Part shown: positions 20,101 through 27,935 of the stretch, piece after piece | How positions within the stretch are numbered: the first letter of the stretch is position 1 | How the letters are laid out: the number at the start of each line of letters is the position of its first letter | Source: a virus | Taxonomy: Duplodnaviria > Caudoviricetes | IMG/VR virus record: IMGVR_UViG_3300031999_000139 | Location: 1 to 31,063 of that record | Length of the DNA stretch: 31,063 nt | Direction: 5' to 3' (one strand) | Notes under the pieces: model-generated | Told to the model about the DNA's origin: nothing | Database searches by the model: none | The model's input: the letters and a program-made list of their open reading frames with translations, nothing else | Position numbers and translations under genes: made by a program

Positions 20101-21492
20101 ATCGTTGAACGCTTTGAACCCTTCCATGCTGAAACGTGCGGTCATCGGACGTTGGGGATCTCGCTGGCGTAGCTCAGCTCCCCGCTCGTTCAGCAAACCT
20201 GTATTACGGTCCTTGAAATAGGCGTTTCGCTGTTCATCAGGGGATAACTGCCCGTGTTGCTCACGTAGCTTACCCAATGACGCGGGTTCTGAGGCTACCT
20301 CTGGGTTTTGCTCTATTGGTTCCGATTTCGTTTCCGGAATTACCTTTGGGATTCGCACATCTTTCCAGGTCTGACCCTCTTTCAGATCCCCTTTCATTTT
20401 TGCGCTAAACGCTAATTCCTTACGCTCACTTTCCGCTTGTTTGGCATCCTGCCCTAGTTTGTCGATTGCTGTATTTAGGTAACCCATAGCGGTAGGAAGA
20501 TCGATCCCGCCCTCGTTATATGCATAAGTAATATCCAAATTCAGATCGAAGAAATCTTCTTTGGGATCTAAATTCGCGATACGTTCTTTGAGCCTGTTTA
20601 CAAGTACCTCCCCTTTAGGATTCACAAACCCAAGGTCAACCATCTTCGGTGGGCCCCCACCCTCCGGATGTATGAAACTGTCTTCCTTGAACTCTGGAGA
20701 CCCCCAACCTTTCTTTTCCAATTCCTTAGCGATAGTATCATATGCCTCACGCAAACCCTGAGAACCCCACGTACCCGATCTACCCTGTATGAATTCTCTG
20801 GTAAGCACATCATGTTGCGGATCGTATTTGTGTACCTTGGCTACGTACTTTTCTGCCGGTGTCCCCATAAGCGCTTGGTTAGCTTCTGCCTCATTGCGGA
20901 GCTTTTGCATGTCACCCGGCCGGCGATTACGGCTAACCTTATGAGCCCTGCCCTGTTCATCCGCAAACACCATACCTTCCCCACCTGAACCCACGTAACG
21001 CAAACTCGGAGCATGGGCTCCAGCCGCAGCCGCACGCATAGATCCCTGTACCACTTGAGGTTGAACAGCCGCATGTGCGTCTTGTTGGATCTGTTCATGG
21101 GGCACCGCGTCTTCCCAATGGATCGTGTGCTCTGGGTCTGCCCACTTGCCCCCTCTGGGTCCGATGTAAGGACCACCCGCTTTATTCAAATCGTCTGGCG
21201 TTACGGACTTCGTAATCGGTTGCCCTACGCTCGTATTCTCTACCGCTTCGGCCAACACCTTGGCGATGTCCAGGTGGATGCGCTCTAGGGTCTTTTCGTA
21301 CTCGTCTTTCGTGATCTTGTGGATGTCCCGCAGCGCTTTGTACTTCAACGCTGGTTCTTTCTCGGGCAACGCTTTTTCCAATGTTTCGGCTAGTTCTGGG
21401 CTGACTGGGTACAGCTCGTGGGCCAGAGCCTTGATTAGCTCCTCGCCCTTTTCGCTCAGTTCTTGCGGAGTAGCTTCTAGCCGTACACGCAT
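17116..21492 (-). CDS. Large polyvalent protein: kinase-like domain, tandem GGDEF-like domains, DarA_C-like domain, second kinase-like domain
   Basis: 1458 aa. VGSGGEGMVF..HKVS..VDLG; DRNTGLLNERG..FKAFNDKFGH and ADLRGVKAFNDAFG..HGDEF; YGAHLRP..VPKG..HGQAVYDRPLTPDEIASYELTP; FLGKGDDGMAF..VVKVS..FDVG. Confidence 0.8.
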   Translation of the reverse strand: MRVRLEATPQELSEKGEELIKALAHELYPVSPELAETLEKALPEKEPALKYKALRDIHKITKDEYEKTLERIHLDIAKVLAEAVENTSVGQPITKSVTPDDLNKAGGPYIGPRGGKWADPEHTIHWEDAVPHEQIQQDAHAAVQPQVVQGSMRAAAAGAHAPSLRYVGSGGEGMVFADEQGRAHKVSRNRRPGDMQKLRNEAEANQALMGTPAEKYVAKVHKYDPQHDVLTREFIQGRSGTWGSQGLREAYDTIAKELEKKGWGSPEFKEDSFIHPEGGGPPKMVDLGFVNPKGEVLVNRLKERIANLDPKEDFFDLNLDITYAYNEGGIDLPTAMGYLNTAIDKLGQDAKQAESERKELAFSAKMKGDLKEGQTWKDVRIPKVIPETKSEPIEQNPEVASEPASLGKLREQHGQLSPDEQRNAYFKDRNTGLLNERGAELRQRDPQRPMTARFSMEGFKAFNDKFGHEAPDGALRLMGNELSQHIPDGIKRAGDIEGDVRDQAHADQIAERMSLAIDPSGRVKVTATAVKHGPDTAATLEKLGNAHKAHKDAEVEAGRLGHRMQHPAALGTDKARAHEAMQPIAARMQSMGPGKGVELTTEHHAQFAKLDPEEAFQTIHQEKSSGLLSDDGFKKSLALNPGHYVASADLRGVKAFNDAFGKKDTDSILRKFSELLTKVDGHSVHAAHPHGDEFMAHHEDPEKLQEMFSDLKDLTDKTILIKDMPNGKVVIQNGLHFAHGVGRTLDEADRVNLPKAKEEQGDVQTPVTWEAEDGHREIERLREAGYSVFDVGRDLGEDVPRGTSEAGSEESSGAASAAPQQGVEKSLDSLSKAQGGPFIGPRGGKWADAAHTISWEESGDASHNGVFRYGAHLRPVSHANVPKGATHEPHEAFRHGQAVYDRPLTPDEIASYELTPILNDRATEQRVARALDQMHEYANEYRELLAEDPKTAEVTIRQALERQGPAHYDVNAAVNRVIEGLKQPTGAGVQGEPKVGDTLAVTVHPAISGREEDKSTYRVLKTEGDKVQVGRHEGSDYGPWMPKASLKHFQNDLAGRVDLPPSGNPDIDAVTSGKAKFLGKGDDGMAFKHGDKVVKVSTTVPYQPENPGHRSPEEAATMLQKQVAIGNELADAGVPGIQRSEFVKHGDKGFQIKPWVEIPEKFTREQLDAVQDSLIGMHKKGYALNDEPQAGLDANGNVVMFDVGKAAKNAGDPKNRDSGASDDMARLRFLYQKHGQEFVRRDFSEGQRHWEHYQARSLEWMRDKKHDFAKHHLGMATKKLEAEAKATIPKGIGLDVALAKIKKQHDEETAFWNTVAGTKPKDRLTLTPTSTEKPKHKIRTPVKVKQNPEEAPLPGQRGLFNPQKVVAGKPKQREMFAVPPKPVPQKPAPENKPLPGQLPLIKALPVDPVQDIIDRESIAYRRMKEALIKRGYEARDFERNGVLYGKSVNELLGMVRSR

Positions 21493-21502
21493 TGGGAAAC
21501 CC

Positions 21503-21889
21503 CTACGCTATGGGATCTCCCCAGCAAACGTACACGCCGCTAATATCTGTTTCGCCTTCGTTCTTTACAGAGACTTCTGTAATCTCACACTCCAGAAACA
21601 GCTTAGCCTTACCCGTATCCGATGCCTTGCGCATTTGAATCGCATCCGTAGATCCGTTCAAATACACCTTCGCATCCCCGCTCAGTTCCAGGTACAACCC
21701 CCTAGCTATCGTCACGTCACCAAAGGAAAGCGATTCCTGACTGGTAGCCGAAACCAGCAATACAGAGTTGACCTGACTAGCAAAGGTATCGGTTTGGATC
21801 GTGGCCGCGGTTTGGTCATCCTTGAACAACGCACGCTTCATGTTCGTATCGAGCGCAAGCTGTACTTGGACCGTGTGTTTCAAGCGCAT
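21503..21889 (-). CDS. Hypothetical beta-rich protein downstream of portal
   Basis: 128-aa ATG ORF with AGGAG RBS, filling the gap between portal and the 1458-aa gene. Confidence 0.7.
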   Translation of the reverse strand: MRLKHTVQVQLALDTNMKRALFKDDQTAATIQTDTFASQVNSVLLVSATSQESLSFGDVTIARGLYLELSGDAKVYLNGSTDAIQMRKASDTGKAKLFLECEITEVSVKNEGETDISGVYVCWGDPIA

Positions 21890-21899
21890 ATTCTAGCTC

Positions 21900-23681
21900 C
21901 TACAAACTGAAATCGACCTTTACGCTACGCTTTTGCACCGCTCGCTGCAAACTCTTCCGTAGCTGCAAACTCTTCCGTAGCTGTAGGCTCTTGGCGGCTA
22001 TCTCTTCTTCTTCCGATTGGTCATCGTCAGCATCTTGATCGTCGGCTTCCTGTTGGGCCAACAATTGCTGGAAATCGACTTGATCCCCTTGACCGTCAGC
22101 ACCAGGCGCAGCGTCAGCACCAGGAGCGTTAGGATCTGGCTGGCCCATCCCCGGCATACCCTGGCCACCACCTTGAGCCGCTTGGTCCTTAGCAGACGAG
22201 AATTGCAACCATGTGGAATCCAAAATCACTTCGCCTTTGCCCTCTGGCAATGGCGGTAGGTCATCTTCGGCCCTAATCTCATCCACTGTGCGGATCGTCT
22301 TGACGAGTTTGGTATTGAGGTCCGCTATCTCATCCCTGGTTTTCGCATCCAACCCTACAAACTTGAACTCAAAGTTTTCGTTCAAAGGCCAAATGATATG
22401 GTGGTTGAGTTGGGATTCTAGGAATCGAAGCAACGGACGTAGCCCACGCTCTTTTGACTCAGTGATTTTTTCCTTGTTGTTGGCTTCCTGCAACCCGCCA
22501 CGTTGACCCGTGTTACCGTATTTGAAATTGATCTCTACGGGGTCCATTGTGAAAATTGCGCAACTCAGTTTCAACAGGAAGTCCATGTACGCTGAAAATT
22601 CCATGTCGCGGTTAGAGTTTTGCAAACTAATCCATTGCAAATCTTCCGCATTAGTAATGGGAGTCCTCCACGAATTTTCTACCCCACTCACCATCTGATA
22701 CCAATGCCTGCGGAAAGCTTTTAACTGTCTCTCTGGGATAGCTCCCTTGAAATTCAAGATACCTTTCTGACTTGAACCTTGCGAAAAGGTTTTGACGTTG
22801 TATTCCCACGAAAACAGCAAAGCCGTAACTACGTTCATCAGCATTTCAAGTTCTGAAACGCCGTAACCAAACAACCGAATATCCGTGGATGGGTTGCGTA
22901 CACCAAAAATCATTTCCTCTTGGTTGTACTCACTTATGATCATCCCATCGTATACCTGCACATAACGGATAGCTTGTGGGTTCGCTTCGTTCAAATAGGT
23001 ACTAGCTGTATCAGCCAACCGAATAGTGCTGGCGTCTACTGCATAGAACTCCGCAGGTTCACCACGCCTATTAGGTACTACTTCTGCGCACGCCTGGTCG
23101 AACCGCATTGAATCGTACATGAACTTACGGACAAACTTCTCAAAGGTATCCCTACCCCGTGGGTTATCAGTCACACCTGTACGCTGTATGAAAACCTCGC
23201 TCTGTTGAATCCATTGCCTCTCGGCCTCAGTAGGTTGCTTACGAGAATCCCTAACCTTGATCCTGTAACCCATCTCATAGCGATCACGGCTAGGTTGGCA
23301 AAATGCAGAGATTTGCTGAATACGTGTTTGGATAATGGCTTGGATCGCTGGCGTTTTGGCAACGATGCTCTTGAGCGTACCGTAACTAACCGCACTAGGT
23401 TTTTCCTTGTAACCAAGTTGCTCGATAATGGCAAAAGGATCCCAAAACAAGGTCTTAGGATCTGCAACAGCTTCCTCATCCGGTACAGGATTCGACATAG
23501 CAGTATCAGGATGCGTACCACCTGGGGCATCGTCCTGGTCATCGTCACCCGTTACCGTAGGATCTGGATACCCGGCTTTCATCATTGCCGCTGCATCATC
23601 TTCCGCGAAATCCGTAAGGGCCTCGCCCGTAGCGCCGGCTAGGTTACGGGCTACGTTGCGTAGTCGCTCTTGCCAACCCAT
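21900..23681 (-). CDS. Portal protein
   Basis: 593 aa. FYAVDASTIR, FGVRNP..YGVSELE, KGILNF, DMEF, SKERGLRPLL and TVDEIRAEDDLPPL are characteristic of HK97-family and Herelleviridae-type portals; downstream of terminase. Confidence 0.92.
   Translation of the reverse strand: MGWQERLRNVARNLAGATGEALTDFAEDDAAAMMKAGYPDPTVTGDDDQDDAPGGTHPDTAMSNPVPDEEAVADPKTLFWDPFAIIEQLGYKEKPSAVSYGTLKSIVAKTPAIQAIIQTRIQQISAFCQPSRDRYEMGYRIKVRDSRKQPTEAERQWIQQSEVFIQRTGVTDNPRGRDTFEKFVRKFMYDSMRFDQACAEVVPNRRGEPAEFYAVDASTIRLADTASTYLNEANPQAIRYVQVYDGMIISEYNQEEMIFGVRNPSTDIRLFGYGVSELEMLMNVVTALLFSWEYNVKTFSQGSSQKGILNFKGAIPERQLKAFRRHWYQMVSGVENSWRTPITNAEDLQWISLQNSNRDMEFSAYMDFLLKLSCAIFTMDPVEINFKYGNTGQRGGLQEANNKEKITESKERGLRPLLRFLESQLNHHIIWPLNENFEFKFVGLDAKTRDEIADLNTKLVKTIRTVDEIRAEDDLPPLPEGKGEVILDSTWLQFSSAKDQAAQGGGQGMPGMGQPDPNAPGADAAPGADGQGDQVDFQQLLAQQEADDQDADDDQSEEEEIAAKSLQLRKSLQLRKSLQRAVQKRSVKVDFSL
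21945..21992. repeat. 18-bp tandem repeat in the portal C-terminus
   Basis: ctgcaaactcttccgtag at 21945-21962 and 21963-21980 plus a degenerate partial third copy; encodes KSLQLR-KSLQLR-KSLQ. Confidence 0.9.
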
Positions 23682-23685
23682 GGGT

Positions 23686-26600
23686 TTACCTCTTGCGAAA
23701 TACTACCGGGCTCGGGCCTTCAATCCGCACGTCTTCCTCTACGGGTCGCGGTTTCAGGATAGGGTCACACGCGCTCTTTTCGAGCCTAATGGCATCCCCA
23801 CCACCCATGTACGCGCTGCGTGGGAGCATGCGGTTGACTACCGTACCTTCCCCACAACCTGGACAAGCCGTCAACATCGCAGAGTACCTACACCCGCAAC
23901 CCTCTGACTTGCAAAGGACGTTTTGCCTAAGCACTGAACCTGGGAGCGCCAACGTAGGACTTGCCCCATGGTAGAAATCGGACTTCAACAGCGCTTCGGC
24001 CTCGGCATCCGTATTCCCGTGAATGCTGGCCATCGAAAGAGGATGCACAAAACCAACATGCACGTCATTGCTCTTTTGGAGCTTCGCAATGTGCTGCGCC
24101 GTTTCCTTCGCGACCATGGCGCGTTGTGACGCTGGCGTGAGGCTCTTGTAGCCCTCTGGGATCTCATCTTCCAAAGCCGCGGTGCCTGGGGTCATCTGCT
24201 TAGCCGGGTCACGGTCATCACCCAAGATTTCCTGTTCACCCTGGTTTACGCCTGTAAGCTGCCCCTTAGCGTCCTGGCCTTCACCCGCAGCCGACCCACC
24301 GTTACCCGTGGGAGTAGGTGTCTCAGTCAGATCCCCACCGTTGGCAGATCCGCCCAACGTGGTTTCAACAGGCTTATCAATTTCATCCCAGTCGTTTTGA
24401 TCTGGCATACCGTCTGCCTTGTTCAGATAGTCACCCAACTCACCTAGTCCTGATTTCCGCATAGCACATTTCTCCATTCGCTTGGCTTTGCCAGCCATGG
24501 CGTAAATACGTTCTTCCAAATCATCTACCTTCATGCCCAGCTTACCAGCTAGCGCATGTACTTGGGTATCGTCGGGATGCGGATCTCGTTGCAACAAAGC
24601 ATTGATCTCCGCAGTTACAGACTTCTCCATCTTCGCCAGCTTCGCGTAGTAGTGGCCATCTTCGGTCAAGTGGTCCATGGCTATCTCTTGCGCCACTTTC
24701 TTGCTCTTGGTGTGCTCCATTTCGACCTTGATACCTTGCGCCAGCGCTTTGGGGTCAAAGTCACTGGGGCTCTTGCCTGACGCCAAACCACCTGGGATCT
24801 GCTCAACACTCTTGCGCAAGTAGGCACCTAGCTCCGAGATCCCGTCGCTCTTTTTGAGGGGATTGCCCTGTGCGTCGTACCCCATACCCGCCATGAACTT
24901 TTCAGCACCCTTTTGGCTACTGAAAACCTTAACCGTTGGTCCATTTACAGCAACGAAATTATCCCCCTGTTTACGGATACCCCGTTCCTGAGATTCGCTA
25001 CCCGAGGTGCTAGTCTTGATCTTCTGCACCCCGATAGTGGTTTCCGGTTTCTTGGAGAATAGATCGCCTTGAACTGGCTTGGCGGGTTTTTCTTTTTCGG
25101 GTTCAGGCTTCTTATAGGTATTTACCCGATAATGCTGACCCGCAGTCGGATACCTGAAAATGGGTTGTCCTTCAGGATGCTTGCTCCAATCTTGCTGCTC
25201 TACCAATTCCTGTAACGCCTTCACCTTAGCTGTCTGGCGTTTGATAGCGTCATGATCTGGCTCATGCCCAGCCGTTGTCATTTCGTGGTGTTTCGCGTCC
25301 ATTTTCATGGACTCATCAAACGTCTTATGTGCTTCCCCCCAAAGGTCATCCAATTTCTCAGGATAAGGGATACCCGCTCTTTCAGACCAGTCCTTTTTCT
25401 CTGGTGAAGCCTTCGGATGCGTAGGGGCATCCTCTTTCACCGGGGTCTGGAATCCGGAAATCCCCTCCATTTTTTGACGTGGTGTAACAACGTTCCCCAT
25501 ATGCAAACGCACCGCTTGTGCCGCCATATAGCTCAAAGGCTTGTGCTCTGGCTCAGCACCTTGCTCGCCGCCATCTTTCCATTTTGCGTAGGCTTGTGCG
25601 TAAGCTTTCTTGGCTGGGTTCCTGATAGCTCGGATGTACTTCTGCACGTCCGGATGACTGAGGTACTTACCACCTTCAGGCGCTTTCTTTTCGCCGGTTG
25701 GTTTCAAACCCTTTTCTTGATTCGCGATAGCCGCTTCTAACCCATGAATGGTGTCAATGATCAAAGGGATTGAATACTTAGGCAAAGTAGGATCGTGTCG
25801 ATGCCCATGTTGCAAAGCAGCCAAATGCTGCTTGTATCTTGCTAACGCTGCTTTGTTCTCAGACAAAGCCTTAGCCCTTTCAGCGTCTGTAGGACCGCCG
25901 CCTTGTCCCGCTTCCCTATGCATCCTTTCCTTTGCGGTCTCTTGCTTCTCCCCAAACTTCGGCTTTTGCGCAATACCCTTATCGTTGATCTTGTAACCCA
26001 TCTCTGTAAGCGCTTGGGTTACTTTCTCATGCGATTGCCCGCTTTGCTCTGTGAGGTGCGCGACGTTTACGGGTTTCGTTATATCGTCGGGTAGGAAGTC
26101 GCGGACCTCCCATTTAGGAGATTCTTGCTTACCCGCCTGCCGATCAAACGTCACTTGCCCATGCGGATGTTCTGGATGGGGTTCAATCTCGTAACCCAAA
26201 TCCGCGATAGCCGCCTTAGTGCGGTCTACGTTCATTCCCGTATCAGATGCGAGCTGCCCCACCTTTTGCGTATGTACTCCACCAGCCCTCAGCGTTTTCA
26301 GGTGTCCTACAAGTTTATGGGTATCCGGATGTACTTGTTTGCCTGCCGGTTTCTTAGCCCCCGGCTCCCTTTGCGCGTCCATCCCCATACGGATAGCTTC
26401 AGGCTCAGTATGCGCAGAAAGGGTTTTGAATTTCCCATCCTCTTGCGCCACGTTAACCATGTAGAGATCTGGGTAAAGCTTGTTGATAGTTAGGTGCTCA
26501 TTGACGTTCGCTACTTCACCCGTGATCCCTTTTCTGTACTTCAAACTTTCGCCTTGTTTGGGTTTCTTACCCCTAGAAACTCCCGTCGCTTCCTCAGGCA

Positions 26601-27933
26601 ATTCCACAGGAGTATGAATCGTCCCCCCTCGCTGTTTCATACGTTCAGCTACAGTAGCCACGCTATGCGTTCCCAAAGATCCACTACCCGCCGCACCCTC
26701 TTTCTCCGGATCTGGTTCTGTAGCGTGCCATGCTCCGTTTTCCTGTCGTGTGTAATGGACTTCCCCACCTTGCGAATGCGGAGTTACTACTTTGCTACCC
26801 GCGGGCAATTTGTCCAAATGTTCCGCTTTGAAATCGTGACCTTGTGCGTAAACGTACTGATATCTTCCTGGGATACCCGTTCTCCGAATGTACTTATGCC
26901 CCGTGCGTTCCCCACCCGTACCCGCTTTCTCCAAGTAATCTCCCAAAGCGTCCAACCCGCTCATGCTTTTCTGGAATTGTGGCGGTACTGGTTTCTTCGG
27001 AGGCACGCCCGGTTGACCCGCAGGAGGCATCGCTTGTGCCGGCATCCCCGGTTTCGCCAATTGCGGTTCGTGAGGTGGCATCATGCCCTGTGCTGGCTTA
27101 CCCGGTTGCATAGGTGGCTTGCCCACCATACCCCTAGCCGTAGGTGCCCCTTCATTCGGCGGTAGGTTCTCAGGTGCCTGGTTAGGCGCAGACGCTGATA
27201 CCGGCGCACCCTGACCCATCGGAGGCTTAACCCCTGGCATACCTGGCTTACCCATAGCTCCCTGCATCTGTGCCGCATTAGGAGCCCCTTGAAGAGGCAT
27301 ACCGGGTTGCATAGGCATCGGAGGCTTATTGTCTCCCAATTGCGCTCCTAGGGCCTGTTCTGGGCCAACCATGGGGGGTTTAGGGGGCATCCCCGGCTGC
27401 ATACCCGGTTGCGCTCCAGGTTGTGGTTGCCCACCCTTCATTTCGACTTGTTTGGACTTCCAATGCTCATGCGCGTTCTCACCCTGACCCGCTGCCTCAG
27501 CATGCGCTTGGTGACGTGTAGCTGCGCTTTGCTGGGCCTCTGGGCCCAGCTTTGGGTTTTGTGCATGCTGCGCAAAGTATTGGCTGATTTCCTGATGTCC
27601 TTGGGCAGTCAAGTACCCACTGGCGTCAATCATGCCGGCGTCAAGCAATTCCTTTTGCGTACCAGGATGCAAGGACCGAAAGCCCTTTTCACCCAAGTGG
27701 CTAATCTTGGACAACGCGGCATGGAGGTTCGCTTTGTTCTCATGGATCGAAGGCGGCGGTAGCTTTGTGATCTGGCCCCCACCCTTTGCTTTCGCATCCT
27801 CAGCCCCTGGACCCGACAATTCAGCGCCGGCATCGTCACTGGGCCCGTCGTCTTCATCGTCGCTGCCTTTCATAGGCAACGAGGGGTTCGCTTTGCTCAA
27901 GTATTCTTCAACCAAATCGTCTGTGCTTTTCAT
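23686..27933 (-). CDS. Large modular head-associated protein with a P/G/Q/M-rich region, a DUF5661-like domain and a C-terminal Cys cluster
   Basis: Start moved to ATG at 27933 (MKSTDDL; GGAG RBS; just after the upstream stop), giving 1415 aa. GIKVEMEHT..IAMDHLTE..YYAKL is DUF5661-like; CKSEGCGC..CPGC lies near the C-terminus. Confidence 0.8.
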   Translation of the reverse strand: MKSTDDLVEEYLSKANPSLPMKGSDDEDDGPSDDAGAELSGPGAEDAKAKGGGQITKLPPPSIHENKANLHAALSKISHLGEKGFRSLHPGTQKELLDAGMIDASGYLTAQGHQEISQYFAQHAQNPKLGPEAQQSAATRHQAHAEAAGQGENAHEHWKSKQVEMKGGQPQPGAQPGMQPGMPPKPPMVGPEQALGAQLGDNKPPMPMQPGMPLQGAPNAAQMQGAMGKPGMPGVKPPMGQGAPVSASAPNQAPENLPPNEGAPTARGMVGKPPMQPGKPAQGMMPPHEPQLAKPGMPAQAMPPAGQPGVPPKKPVPPQFQKSMSGLDALGDYLEKAGTGGERTGHKYIRRTGIPGRYQYVYAQGHDFKAEHLDKLPAGSKVVTPHSQGGEVHYTRQENGAWHATEPDPEKEGAAGSGSLGTHSVATVAERMKQRGGTIHTPVELPEEATGVSRGKKPKQGESLKYRKGITGEVANVNEHLTINKLYPDLYMVNVAQEDGKFKTLSAHTEPEAIRMGMDAQREPGAKKPAGKQVHPDTHKLVGHLKTLRAGGVHTQKVGQLASDTGMNVDRTKAAIADLGYEIEPHPEHPHGQVTFDRQAGKQESPKWEVRDFLPDDITKPVNVAHLTEQSGQSHEKVTQALTEMGYKINDKGIAQKPKFGEKQETAKERMHREAGQGGGPTDAERAKALSENKAALARYKQHLAALQHGHRHDPTLPKYSIPLIIDTIHGLEAAIANQEKGLKPTGEKKAPEGGKYLSHPDVQKYIRAIRNPAKKAYAQAYAKWKDGGEQGAEPEHKPLSYMAAQAVRLHMGNVVTPRQKMEGISGFQTPVKEDAPTHPKASPEKKDWSERAGIPYPEKLDDLWGEAHKTFDESMKMDAKHHEMTTAGHEPDHDAIKRQTAKVKALQELVEQQDWSKHPEGQPIFRYPTAGQHYRVNTYKKPEPEKEKPAKPVQGDLFSKKPETTIGVQKIKTSTSGSESQERGIRKQGDNFVAVNGPTVKVFSSQKGAEKFMAGMGYDAQGNPLKKSDGISELGAYLRKSVEQIPGGLASGKSPSDFDPKALAQGIKVEMEHTKSKKVAQEIAMDHLTEDGHYYAKLAKMEKSVTAEINALLQRDPHPDDTQVHALAGKLGMKVDDLEERIYAMAGKAKRMEKCAMRKSGLGELGDYLNKADGMPDQNDWDEIDKPVETTLGGSANGGDLTETPTPTGNGGSAAGEGQDAKGQLTGVNQGEQEILGDDRDPAKQMTPGTAALEDEIPEGYKSLTPASQRAMVAKETAQHIAKLQKSNDVHVGFVHPLSMASIHGNTDAEAEALLKSDFYHGASPTLALPGSVLRQNVLCKSEGCGCRYSAMLTACPGCGEGTVVNRMLPRSAYMGGGDAIRLEKSACDPILKPRPVEEDVRIEGPSPVVFRKR

Positions 27934-27935
27934 CG

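Noticed and set aside
21945-21992. Possible CRISPR-like repeat
   Set aside because: The copies are adjacent, in frame and lack spacers, so this is a coding tandem duplication. No CRISPR array, tRNA or rRNA was seen in the window.
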